A DNA stretch of 64,000 nt from Eledone cirrhosa (GCA_964016885.1 OZ024744.1:9548001-9612000); one strand, 5' to 3'. Shown: positions 18,001 to 31,933, counted from the first letter of the stretch. Translations and numbers: made by a program. Notes: a model not told the origin generated them from the letters alone.

Positions 18001-21000
18001 TCCTACACTACACCACACCACCACCACCCTCCTACACTACACCACACCACCACCCTCCTACACTACACCACACCACCACCCTTCCTCCTGCACTACACCA
18101 CACCACCCTTCCACCTACACTACACCACACCACCACCCTTCCTCCTACACTACACCACACCACCACCACCCTCCTACACTACACCACACCACCACCCTCC
18201 TACACTACACCACACCACCACCCTTCCTCCTACACTACACCACACCACCACCCTTCCACCTACACTACACCACACCACCACCCTTCCTCCTACACTACAC
18301 CACACCACCACCCTTCCAACTACACCACACCACCACCACCCTCCTACACTACACCACACCACCACCACCCTCCTACACTACACCACACCACCACCCTCCT
18401 ACACTACACCACACCACCACCCTTCCTCCTGCACTACACCACACCACCACCCTTCCTCCTACACTACACCACACCACCACCCTTCCACCTACACTACACC
18501 ACACCACCACCCTTCCACCTACACTACACCACACCACCACCCTTCCTCCTACACCACACCACCACCCTTCCACCTACACTACACCACACCACCACCCTTC
18601 CTCCTACACCACACCACACCACCACCCTTCCTCCTACACCACACCACCACCCTTCCACCTACACTACACCACACCACCACCCTTCCTCCTACACCACACC
18701 ACCACCCTTCCACCTACACTACACCACACCACCACCCTTCCTCCTACACTACACCACACCACCACCCTTCCTCCTACACTACACCACACCACCACCCTTC
18801 CTCCTACACCACACCACCACCCTTCCACCTACACTACACCACACCACCACCCTTCCTCCTACACCACACCACACCACCACCATCCTCCTACACTACACCA
18901 CACCACCAACCACGCTCCTGCACTACACCACACCACCACCCTTCCTCCTACACTACACCACACCACCAACCACCCTCCTGCACTACACCACACCACCACC
19001 CTTCCTCCTACACTACACCACACCACCACCCTTCCTCCTACACTACACCACACCACCACCCTTCCTCCTACACTACACCACACCACCACCCTTCCTCCTA
19101 CACTACACCACACCACCACCCTTCCTCCTACACTACACCACACCACCACCCTTCCTCCTACACTACACCACACCACCACCCTTCCTCCTACACTACACCA
19201 CACCACCAGGCTTCCTCCTACACTACACCACACCACCACCCTTCCTCCTACACTACACCACACCACCACCCTTCCTCCTACACTACACCACACCACCACC
19301 CTTCCTCCTACACTACACCACACCACCAGGCTTCCTCCTACACTACACCACACCACCACCCTTCCTCCTACACTACACCACACCACCACCCTTCCTCCTA
19401 CACTACACCACACCACCACCCTTCCTCCTACACTACACCACACCACCAGGCTTCCTCCTACACTACACCACACCACCACCCTTCCTCCTACACTACACCA
19501 CACCACCACCCTTCCTCCTACACTACACCACACCACCACCCTTCCTCCTACACTACACCACACCACCACCAGGCTTCCTCCTACACTACACCACACCACC
19601 ACCATCCTCCTACACTACACCACACCACCACCCTTCCTCCTACACTACACCACACCACCAGGCTTCCTCCTACACTACACCACACCACCACCCTTCCTCC
19701 TACACTACACCACACCACCACCCTTCCTCCTACACTACACCACACCACCACCATCCTCCTACACTACACCACACCACCACCCTTCCTCCTACACTACACC
19801 ACACCACCAGGCTTCCTCCTACACTACACCACACCACCACCCTTCCTCCTACACCACACCACCACCCTTCCTCCTACACTACACCACACCACCACCCTTC
19901 CTCCTACACTACACCACACCACCACCCTTCCTCCTACACTACACCACACCACCACCCTTCCTCCTATACTACACCACACCACCACCCTTCCTCCTACACC
20001 ACACCACACCACCACCCTTCCTCCTACACTACACCACACCACCACCCTTCCTCCTACACCACACCACCACCCTTCCTCCTACACTACACCACACCACCAC
20101 CCTTCCTCCTACACTACACCACACCACCACCCTTCCTCCTACACCACACCACCACCCTTCCTCCTACACTACACCACACCACCACCCTTCCTCCTACACT
20201 ACACCACACCACCACCCTTCCTCCTACACTACACCACACCACCACCCTTCCTCCTATACTACACCACACCACCACCCTTCCTCCTACACCACACCACCAC
20301 CCTTCCTCCTACACTACACCACACCACCACCCTTCCTCCTACACCACACCACCACCCTTCCTCCTACACTACACCACACCACCACCCTTCCTCCTACACT
20401 ACACCACCACCCTTCCTCCTACACTACACCACACCACCACCCTTCCTCCTACACTACACCACACCACCACCCTTCCTCCTACACTACACCACACCACCAC
20501 CCTTCCTCCTATACTACACCACACCACCACCCTTCCTCCTACACCACACCACCACCCTTCCTCCTACACTACACCACACCACCACCCTTCCTCCTATACT
20601 ACACCACACCACCACCCTTCCTCCTACACTACACCACACCACCACCCTTCCTCCTACACTACACCACACCACCACCCTTCCTCCTGCACTACACCACACC
20701 ACCACCCTTCCTCCTACACCACACCACCACCCTTCCTCCTGCACTACACCACACCACCACCCTTCCTCCTACACCACACCACCACCCTTCCTCCTGCACT
20801 ACACCACTACCCTTCCTCCTACACTACACCACACCACCACTTTCCTCCTACACTACACCACACCACCACCCTTCCTCCTATACTACACCACACCACCACC
20901 CTTCCTCCTACACCACACCACACCACCACCCTTCCTCCTACACTACACCACACCACCACCCTTCCTCCTACACTACACCACCACCCTTCCTCCTACACTA

Positions 21001-24000
21001 CACCACACCACCACCCTTCCTCCTACACTACACCACACCACCACCCTTCCTCCTATACTACACCACACCACCACCCTTCCTCCTACACCACACCACACCA
21101 CCACCCTTCCTCCTACACTACACCACACCACCACCCTTCCTCCTACACCACACCACCACCCTTCCTCCTACACTACACCACACCACCACCCTTCCTCCTA
21201 CACTACACCACACCACCACCCTTCCTCCTACACTACACCACACCACCACCCTTCCTCCTATACTACACCACACCACCACCCTTCCTCCTATACTACACCA
21301 CACCACCACCCTTCCTCCTACACTACACCACACCACCACCCTCCTACACTACACCACACCACCACCCTTCCTCCTACACCACACCACCACCCTTCCTCCT
21401 ATACTACACCACACCACCACCCTTCCTCCTACACCACACCACACCACCACCCTTCCTCCTGCACTACACCACACCACCACCCTTCCTCCTACACTACACC
21501 ACACCACCACCCTTCCTCCTACACTACACCACACCACCACCCTTCCTCCTACACTACACCACACCACCACCCTTCCACCTACACTACACCACACCACCAC
21601 CCTTCCTCCTACACTACACCACACCACCACCCTTCCTCCTACACTACACCACACCACCACCCTTCCAACTACACCACACCACCACCACCCTCCTACACTA
21701 CACCACACCACCACCACCCTCCTACACTACACCACACCACCACCCTCCTACACTACACCACACCACCACCCTTCCTACACTACACCACACCACCACCCTT
21801 CCACCTACACTACACCACACCACCACCCTTCCACCTACACTACACCACACCACCACCCTTCCTCCTACACCACACCACCACCATCCTCCTACACTACACC
21901 ACACCACCAACCACCCTCCTGCACTACACCACACCACCACCCTTCCTCCTACACTACACCACACCACCAGGCTTCCTCCTACACTACACCACCACCCTTC
22001 CTCCTACACTACACCACACCACCACCCTTCCTCCTATACTACACCACACCACCACCCTTCCTCCTACACTACACCACCACCCTTCCTCCTACACTACACC
22101 ACACCACCACCCTTCCTCCTACACTACACCACACCACCACCTTCCTCCTACACTACACCACACCACCAGGCTTCCTCCTGCACTACACCACACCACCACC
22201 TTCCTCCTACACTACACCACACCACTACCCTCCTACACTACACCACACCACCACCCTTCCTCCTACACCACACCACACCACCAGGCTTCCTCCTACACCA
22301 CACCACACCACCACCTTCCTCCTACACTACACCACACCACCACCTTCCTCCTACACCACACCACCAGGCTTCCTCCTGCACTACACCACACCACCACCTT
22401 CCTCCTACACTACACCACACTACCACCCTTCCTCCTACACTACACCACACCACCACCCTTCCTCCTACACCACACCACACCACCACCCTTCCTCCTACAC
22501 CACACCACCACCCTTCCTCCTACACTACACCACACCACCACCCTTCCACCTACACTACACCACACCACCACCCTTCCTCCTACACTACACCACACCACCA
22601 CCCTTCCAACTACACCACACCACCACCACCCTCCTACACTACACCACACCACCACCCTTCCTCCTACACCACACCACCACCCTTCCTCCTACACTACACC
22701 ACACCACCACCCTTCCTCCTACACCACACCACACCACCACCCTTCCTCCTACACTACACCACACCACCACCACCCTCCTACACTACACCACACCACCACC
22801 CTCCTACACTACACCACACCACCCCCCTTCCTCCTACACTACACCACACCACCACCCTTCCACCTACACTACACCACACCACCACCCTCCTCCTACACTA
22901 CACCACACCACCACCCTTCCAACTACACCACACCACCACCACCCTCCTACACTACACCACACCACCACCACCCTCCTACACTACACCACACCACCACCCT
23001 CCTACACTACACCACACCACCACCCTTCCTCCTGCACTACACCACACCACCACCCTTCCACCTACACTACACCACACCACCACCCTTCCTCCTACACTAC
23101 ACCACACCACCACCACCCTCCTACACTACACCACACCACCACCCTCCTACACTACACCACACCACCACCCTTCCTCCTACACTACACCACACCACCACCC
23201 TTCCACCTACACTACACCACACCACCACCCTACCTCCTACACTACACCACACCACCACCCTTCCAACTACACCACACCACCACCACCCTCCTACACTACA
23301 CCACACCACCACCACCCTCCTACACTACACTACACCACACCACCACCCTTCCTCCTGCACTACACCACACCACCACCCTTCCTCCTACACTACACCACAC
23401 CACCACCCTTCCACCTACACTACACCACACCACCACCCTTCCACCTACACTACACCACACCACCACCCTTCCTCCTACACCACACCACCACCCTTCCACC
23501 TACACTACACCACACCACCACCCTTCCTCCTACACCACACCACACCACCACCCTTCCTCCTACACCACACCACCACCCTTCCACCTACACTACACCACAC
23601 CACCACCCTTCCTCCTACACCACACCACCACCCTTCCACCTACACTACACCACACCACCACCCTTCCTCCTACACTACACCACACCACCACCCTTCCTCC
23701 TACACTACACCACACCACCACCCTTCCTCCTACACCACACCACCACCCTTCCACCTACACTACACCACACCACCACCCTTCCTCCTACACCACACCACAC
23801 CACCACCATCCTCCTACACTACACCACACCACCAACCACGCTCCTGCACTACACCACACCACCACCCTTCCTCCTACACTACACCACACCACCAACCACC
23901 CTCCTGCACTACACCACACCACCACCCTTCCTCCTACACTACACCACACCACCACCCTTCCTCCTACACTACACCACACCACCACCCTTCCTCCTACACT

Positions 24001-27000
24001 ACACCACACCACCACCCTTCCTCCTACACTACACCACACCACCAGGCTTCCTCCTACACTACACCACACCACCACCCTTCCTCCTACACTACACCACACC
24101 ACCACCCTTCCTCCTACACTACACCACACCACCAGGCTTCCTCCTACACTACACCACACCACCACCCTTCCTCCTACACTACACCACACCACCACCCTTC
24201 CTCCTACACTACACCACACCACCACCCTTCCTCCTACACTACACCACACCACCAGGCTTCCTCCTACACTACACCACACCACCACCCTTCCTCCTACACT
24301 ACACCACACCACCACCCTTCCTCCTACACTACACCACACCACCACCCTTCCTCCTACACTACACCACACCACCAGGCTTCCTCCTACACTACACCACACC
24401 ACCACCCTTCCTCCTACACTACACCACACCACCACCCTTCCTCCTACACTACACCACACCACCACCCTTCCTCCTACACTACACCACACCACCACCAGGC
24501 TTCCTCCTACACTACACCACACCACCACCATCCTCCTACACTACACCACACCACCACCCTTCCTCCTACACTACACCACACCACCAGGCTTCCTCCTACA
24601 CTACACCACACCACCACCCTTCCTCCTACACTACACCACACCACCACCCTTCCTCCTACACTACACCACACCACCACCCTTCCTCCTATACTACACCACA
24701 CCACCACCCTTCCTCCTACACCACACCACACCACCACCCTTCCTCCTACACTACACCACACCACCACCCTTCCTCCTACACCACACCACCACCCTTCCTC
24801 CTACACTACACCACACCACCACCCTTCCTCCTACACTACACCACACCACCACCCTTCCTCCTACACCACACCACCACCCTTCCTCCTACACTACACCACA
24901 CCACCACCCTTCCTCCTACACTACACCACACCACCACCCTTCCTCCTACACTACACCACACCACCACCCTTCCTCCTATACTACACCACACCACCACCCT
25001 TCCTCCTACACCACACCACACCACCACCCTTCCTCCTACACTACACCACACCACCACCCTTCCTCCTACACCACACCACCACCCTTCCTCCTACACTACA
25101 CCACACCACCACCCTTCCTCCTACACTACACCACACCACCACCCTTCCTCCTACACTACACCACCACCCTTCCTCCTACACTACACCACACCACCACCCT
25201 TCCTCCTACACTACACCACACCACCACCCTTCCTCCTACACTACACCACACCACCACCCTTCCTCCTATACTACACCACACCACCACCCTTCCTCCTACA
25301 CCACACCACCACCCTTCCTCCTACACTACACCACACCACCACCCTCCTATACTACACCACACCACCACCCTTCCTCCTACACCACACCACCACCCTTCCT
25401 CCTACACTACACCACACCACCACCCTTCCTCCTACACTACACCACACTACCACCCTTCCTCCTGCACTACACCACTACCCTTCCTCCTACACTACACCAC
25501 ACCACCACTTTCCTCCTACACTACACCACACCACCACCCTTCCTCCTATACTACACCACACCACCACCCTTCCTCCTACACCACACCACACCACCACCCT
25601 TCCTCCTACACTACACCACACCACCACCCTTCCTCCTACACTACACCACCACCCTTCCTCCTACACTACACCACACCACCACCCTTCCTCCTACACTACA
25701 CCACACCACCACCCTTCCTCCTATACTACACCACACCACCACCCTTCCTCCTACACCACACCACACCACCACCCTTCCTCCTACACTACACCACACCACC
25801 ACCCTTCCTCCTACACTACACCACCACCCTTCCTCCTACACTACACCACACCACCACCCTTCCTCCTACACTACACCACACCACCACCCTTCCTCCTATA
25901 CTACACCACACCACCACCCTTCCTCCTACACCACACCACACCACCACCCTTCCTCCTACACTACACCACACCACCACCCTTCCTCCTACACTACACCACA
26001 CCACCACCCTTCCTCCTATACTACACCACACCACCACCCTTCCTCCTACACCACACCACCACCCTTCCTCCTACACTACACCACACCACCACCCTTCCTC
26101 CTACACTACACCACACCACCACCCTTCCTCCTACACTACACCACACCACCACCCTTCCTCCTATACTACACCACACCACCACCCTTCCTCCTATACTACA
26201 CCACACCACCACCCTTCCTCCTACACTACACCACACCACCACCCTCCTACACTACACCACACCACCACCCTTCCTCCTACACCACACCACCACCCTTCCT
26301 CCTATACTACACCACACCACCACCCTTCCTCCTACACCACACCACACCACCACCCTTCCTCCTGCACTACACCACACCACCACCCTTCCTCCTACACTAC
26401 ACCACACCACCACCCTTCCTCCTACACTACACCACACCACCACCCTTCCTCCTACACTACACCACACCACCACCCTTCCACCTACACTACACCACACCAC
26501 CACCCTTCCTCCTACACTACACCACACCACCACCCTTCCTCCTACACTACACCACACCACCACCCTTCCAACTACACCACACCACCACCACCCTCCTACA
26601 CTACACCACACCACCACCACCCTCCTACACTACACCACACCACCACCCTCCTACACTACACCACACCACCACCCTTCCTACACTACACCACACCACCACC
26701 CTTCCACCTACACTACACCACACCACCACCCTTCCACCTACACTACACCACACCACCACCCTTCCTCCTACACCACACCACACCACCACCATCCTCCTAC
26801 ACTACACCACACCACCAACCACCCTCCTGCACTACACCACACCACCACCCTTCCTCCTACACTACACCACACCACCACCCTTCCTCCTACACTACACCAC
26901 ACCACCAGGCTTCCTCCTACACTACACCACCACCCTTCCTCCTACACTACACCACACCACCACCCTTCCTCCTATACTACACCACACCACCACCCTTCCT

Positions 27001-28310
27001 CCTACACCACACCACACCACCACCCTTCCTCCTACACTACACCACACCACCACCCTTCCTCCTACACTACACCACACCACCACCCTTCCTCCTACACTAC
27101 ACCACACCACCACCTTCCTCCTACACTACACCACACCACCACCCTTCCTCCTATACTACACCACACCACCACCCTTCCTCCTACACCACACCACCAGCCT
27201 TCCTCCTACACCACACCACACCACCACCACCCTCCTACACTACACCACACCACCACCCTTCCTCCTACACTACACCACACCACCACCACCCTCCTACACT
27301 ACACCACACCGCCACCCTTCCTCCTACACTACACCACACCACCACCACCCTCCTACACTACACCACACCACCACCCTTCCTCCTATACTACACCACACCA
27401 CCACCCTTCCTCCTACACTACACCACACCACCACCCTTCCTCCTACACCACACCACACCACCACCCTTCCTCCTACACTACACCACACCACCAGGCTTCC
27501 TCCTGCACTACACCACACCACCACCCTTCTATACTACACCACACCACCACCCTTCCTCCTACACCACACCACACCACCACCACCCTCCTACACTACACCA
27601 CACCACCACCCTTCCTCCTACACTACACCACACCACCACCACCCTCCTACACTACACCACACCGCCACCCTTCCTCCTACACTACACCACACCACCACCA
27701 CCCTCCTACACTACACCACACCACCACCCTTCCTCCTATACTACACCACACCACCACCCTTCCTCCTACACTACACCACACCACCACCCTTCCTCCTACA
27801 CCACACCACACCACCACCCTTCCTCCTACACTACACCACACCACCAGGCTTCCTCCTGCACTACACCACACCACTACCCTCCTACACAACACCACACCAC
27901 CACCCTTCCTACTACACTACACCACACCACCACCCTTCCTCCTACACTACACCACACCACCACCCTTCTTCCTACACTACACCACACCACCAGGCTTCCT
28001 CCTGCACTACACCACACCACCACCCTTCCTCCTACACTACACCACACCACCTTCCTCCTGCACTACACCACACCACCACCCTTCCTCCTACACTACACCA
28101 CACCACCACCCTTCCTCCTACACTACACCACACCACCACCCTTCCTCCTACACTACACCACCACCCTTCCTCCTACACTACACCACACCACCACCCTTCC
28201 TCCTACACTACACCACACCACCACCCTCCTACACTACACCACACCACCACCCTTCCTCCTGCACTACACCACACCACCACCCTTCCTCCTGCACTACACC
28301 ACACCACCAA
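1..28310. repeat. Giant 30-bp satellite, consensus CCACCACCCTTCCTCCTACACTACACCACA, continuing past the left edge
   Basis: Continuous 30-bp period with shorter deletion variants (about 25-29 bp); roughly 950-1000 units; ends abruptly at ~28310. Confidence 0.99.
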
Positions 28311-28625
28311 CCTTGTGCCATCAAGGTGCTTTTATTGTTTGGACATATAATGATGATGATGTTTCTTAGGCCCTATAGTCTATATGTTTTACTTCTTCTT
28401 TTCCTATCTTCGAGCCATGTGGTTGTATGACAGTTTCCCATTACCTTACACAGTCCTTTACATTATTATTAAATTCTGCGAGATCTTTTAAGCTGCACTG
28501 GTTGGGTAGTAGAGGGCAAACAAGGCAGTGCTGCATTGTATGGTCCTCCTCTCTGCATTCGCAGATGGTTGGGCCGGTCTTGTAGCCCCATCTGGCCATA
28601 GCAGCTTTTGATCGCCCCATTCCTA

Positions 28626-28970
28626 TTCTCGGGTGGTTGAGTGTCTTCCACTGGACCTATGGTACTTCTGAGCCAGAAGGGGGGGGGGCGTCCCATGTCA
28701 ATAGGAGGGGAGTCATTCTCTGGCTTTCTATCCATAGCTGTAGTCTGGTTTCTTCCTAAGATGTTGTTAGGGGCTGGACATGGCTGAGGAAGCTTCATGT
28801 TCTCAGGCGGTTGAGTGTCTTCCGCTGGATCCATAGTGCTTCTGAGCCAGGAGGAAGGGCTTCAGAAGGGGAGATTCCCATGTTACTAGCAGGGGAGTCA
28901 TTCTCTAGCTCTGTATTCTGGTTCCTTCCTGAGATGTTGTTAGGGGCTGAACATGGCTGAGGAAACTTCT
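28626..28970 (-). repeat. Degenerate ~175-bp tandem duplication inside a Pro-rich ORF-like segment of unknown origin
   Basis: Blocks TTGAGTGTCTTCC, GGGAGTCATTCTCT and GATGTTGTTAGGGGCTG each occur twice ~175 bp apart; ORF 28469-28834 repeats EDTQPPEN. Confidence 0.7.
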
Positions 28971-29073
28971 TGAATTTAGTCGTTGGGCCGGAGGTTCAGG
29001 TCCGTGAAGGAGGTGGCGTTCATCACTGATAGCCTTTGTGATCTCTACTCGGCTGACAGCTTCCCGTCTCACA

Positions 29074-29907
29074 TCTATATATTAATACGTTAATACTTAC
29101 TTACGTACGTACGTCCGACCGTGTGTGTCACGCTTTCAGTAAAACAATGGAAGTGGGGTGGTAAACAATCTACGACAATCTACGGCGAAAGAAAATCAAA
29201 GAGCATTGCAACGTTCGGAAAGGAGAGAGAGAGGTGCTTATAATATAGAGAAGGCACATGGCTTAGATGTGGAGTCACATGAAGGCTTAGTGGTTAGAGC
29301 ATTGGGCTTGCAATCGAAAGGTTGTGAGTTCAATTCTCAGACCGGGTGATGTGTTGTTTCCTTGAGCAAGACACTTTATTTCACATTGCTCCAGTTTATC
29401 CAGCTGTAGAAATGAGATGATAGGGACTGGGGTCCCTATCATTCCACTGCACAGTGGTCGTGGAGGTGCCACGGCAAAAAAGCATCCAGCCCACACTGTA
29501 AAGTGGATGTGTAGATGCCACGGAAAAAAAGCATCCAGCTGTAGAAATCAAGCCAGAATCAGTTCCCGTATGAGCTAGACAAGGTCAGCTGACCGGACAT
29601 GCTGTTGATGATGAAAGGGATGGGTAATTATATATAGAGAGAGAGGGGTTTATACTATATTTAAAGAGAGGGGGTTATAATATATATAGAGAGTGGGGGG
29701 TTAAATATATATATATAGAGGGAGAGGAGTGTTATAATTTATAGAGAGGATGGTTTTAATATATAGAGAAAGGGATGGGTTGTAATATATAGAGAGAGGG
29801 GGTTATAATATAGAGAAAGGAGGGTTAAAATATTTAGAGAGAGATGGGGTTAAATATATATATAGAGAGAGGGGGTTATCCGTGAATCTTTTCACGGGTC
29901 CAGCTAG
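29074..29907 (+). mobile_element. Non-autonomous Helitron-like element carrying a SINE insertion
   Basis: A|TCTATATAT 5' end, subterminal hairpin CCGTGAA-tctt-TTCACGG, CTAG|T 3' end, AT target without TSD. Confidence 0.7.
29283..29612 (+). mobile_element. tRNA-derived SINE with CORE/Meta-like central domain, followed by RTE 3'UTR-like sequence
   Basis: A box GGCTTAGTGG, B box GAGTTCAATTC, central CCTTGAGCAAGACACTTT; downstream part matches RTE tails at 44970-45110 and 51270-51400. Confidence 0.7.
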
Positions 29908-29936
29908 TATATATAAGTGTCCTATTTCTGTTGTAG

Positions 29937-30110
29937 CTGCAACACTTGCCAGAACATGTCATTATGGACAGCAGTGAATATAAGTGTTTACAGTCACAGT
30001 TCTCTGTGTTGTATAACGAAAGTATGCAGCTGAAAACTCAACACGAAGAGACCCGCAACTTGTTGCAGACCAGTAAGATTGGACATTTGCGACATATAGA
30101 ACAGATGGAG
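29937..30110 (+). CDS. BRE1: E3 ubiquitin ligase Bre1 (RNF20/RNF40), internal exon A, 174 nt, phase 0-0
   Basis: ttgtag|CTG...GAG|gtaag; encodes LPEHVIMDSSEYKCLQSQFSVLYNESMQLKTQ, a conserved Bre1 motif. Confidence 0.95.
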
Positions 30111-30295
30111 GTAAGAAAATATAACTAAAAACATATATATAGCGTCTCACATTTTTTTTGTGTTAATTAGTTGAACAAATGCAGACATAGCCATGTGGTT
30201 CCGAGTTTGGCCTCACCGTAGGCTACTTTAGGCAAGTATCCTCTTTTCTTTGTCCTATAACTCTGAAAAGAGTTGTAAAGGGTGCTGTATTGATA

Positions 30296-30873
30296 CAAGA
30301 TTATATCTCATAGGAGGTTTCTAGGGTGTTTTAATGATAAGGACCCCAGTCCTATCATGTTACATCTCACATCTATATAGGTTTAGTTGGTCTCCTACAA
30401 TGTTATATCTCATAGGAGGTTTCTTGGCTGCTTTAATGATAGGGATCCCAGCCCTATAATGTTGTTACATCTCACACCTATATAGGTTTAGTTGGTCTCC
30501 TACAAGGTTATTTCTCATAGGAGGTTTCTAGGGTGTTTTAATGATAGGGACCCCAGTCCTATCATGTTGTTACATCTCACACCTATGTAGGTTTAGCTGG
30601 TCTCGTACAAGGTTATTTCTCATAGGAGGTTTCTAGGGTGTTTTAATGATAGGGACCCCAGTCCTATCATGTTGTTACATCTCACACCTATGTAGGTTTA
30701 GCTGGTCTCGTACAAGGTTATTTCTCATAGGAGGTTTCTAGGGTGTTTTAATGATAGGGACCCCAGTCCTATCATGTTGTTACATCTCACACCTATGTAG
30801 GTTTAGCTGGTTATATGTAGGTTATTTCTCATAGGAGGTTTCTAGGGTGTTTTAATGATAGAGACGCCAGTCC
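30296..30873. repeat. ~105-bp tandem repeat, ~5.5 copies
   Basis: CTCATAGGAGG recurs at 30307, 30409, 30514, 30619, 30724 and 30828. Confidence 0.95.
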
Positions 30874-30943
30874 TCTACACAATCTGCTGTTGAAATAATT
30901 CCCTCTACTTCAGTCTGTTGACCTATGACCTCTTCTGTTGTAG

Positions 30944-31079
30944 AGTGATGAACTCACCTGCCAGAAGAAACTACGGACCGAGCTGATTCAGTTGGAAGAT
31001 ACTTTAGCACAGGTTCGAAAGGAATATGAAATGCTCCGCATCGAGTTTGAACAGACGCTAGCAGCTAACGAGCAAACAG
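30944..31079 (+). CDS. BRE1: Bre1 exon B, 136 nt, phase 0-1 (absent from the ORF track)
   Basis: ttgtag|AGT...ACAG|gtgag; [45 protein letters not shown]. Confidence 0.95.
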
Positions 31080-31167
31080 GTGAGTATTGTACTTACTGCC
31101 TTTTGGTTTGTTTAACCATTTTAATACAAATTACTTGAAACCACCCCTGGTTTCACAATACTAAACT

Positions 31168-31660
31168 GTCATCATCATCATCATCATATGTCCGCTTTTC
31201 CTTGCTTTCTCATCTTCTCTGTGAGTTTCAGTGATCTGAGGTCTGCTCTCACCAGCTCCACCCATGATTTTCGTGGTCTTCCTCTACTGCATCTTCCTTC
31301 CACTGCGATTACCTGGCACTTCTAATCATCATCATCATCATTTTACGTCTGCTTTTCCCTGCTTGCAAGGGTGGGACGGGTCCTATTCAGCACAGCATCT
31401 CTCCATTCGTCATCTCCTCTGTGAGCTTCATCGATCTGAGGTCAGCTCTCACCACCTCCGCCTAAAATATTCGTGGTCTTCCACTCAGATTACCTGGCAC
31501 TTTTAATCATTATCATCATCATCATCATTTTCTGTACACTTTTCCTTGCTTGCAAGGGTGGGATGGGCCCTTTTCAGCACAGCATCTCTCCATTCGTCAG
31601 GGTCCGTCGTCATCTCTTCCATGAGCTTGAGCGATCTGAGGCCAGCTCTCACAATCACCC
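31168..31660 (-). mobile_element. Three tandem RTE LINE 3'-tail fragments
   Basis: Three (CAT)n runs, each followed by CTTTTCC(C)TGCTT and GATCTGAGG; homologous to 32594-32770 and 48978-49180. Confidence 0.8.
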
Positions 31661-31933
31661 TATAGTCTTGAGTTAAATTTGTGCAATCGTTGGGTGTTCA
31701 AGTTTAGTGTTCAAAACGGCCGGTTTCGGGCCAAACCAGCTGAAAGCACCCACACTAAAATATCGTTCTAAAAATAAACAAACCATCATCAAAATCGCGT
31801 CAATTCGAGATTACTGCGAGATTAGGCTCTTATCATGAAAATTAATCAGTAATACAGAGTACCCGACCTCCCATGGGTACAAGCTGAAGCATATAGACAA
31901 TATGCCCCCACACCCTCCTACTGCAAAGCGATC

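Noticed and set aside
431-27895. Dozens of minus-strand ORFs reading (VVVWCSVGGR)n
   Set aside because: Translation artefact of a 30-bp unit with one stop-free frame; frequent 1-5 bp indels break frames, so no coding constraint.
1-28310. Telomeric repeat
   Set aside because: G-rich strand is not (TTAGGG)n, and the array appears to be inside a gene; a subtelomeric position cannot be judged here.
29283-29350. tRNA gene
   Set aside because: A and B boxes are present, but the sequence continues into a SINE body and I see no convincing acceptor stem; likewise at 49857-49950.
30180-30270. Degenerate SINE fragment
   Set aside because: Only weak similarity (GGCAAGTATCCTCT); too decayed to call.
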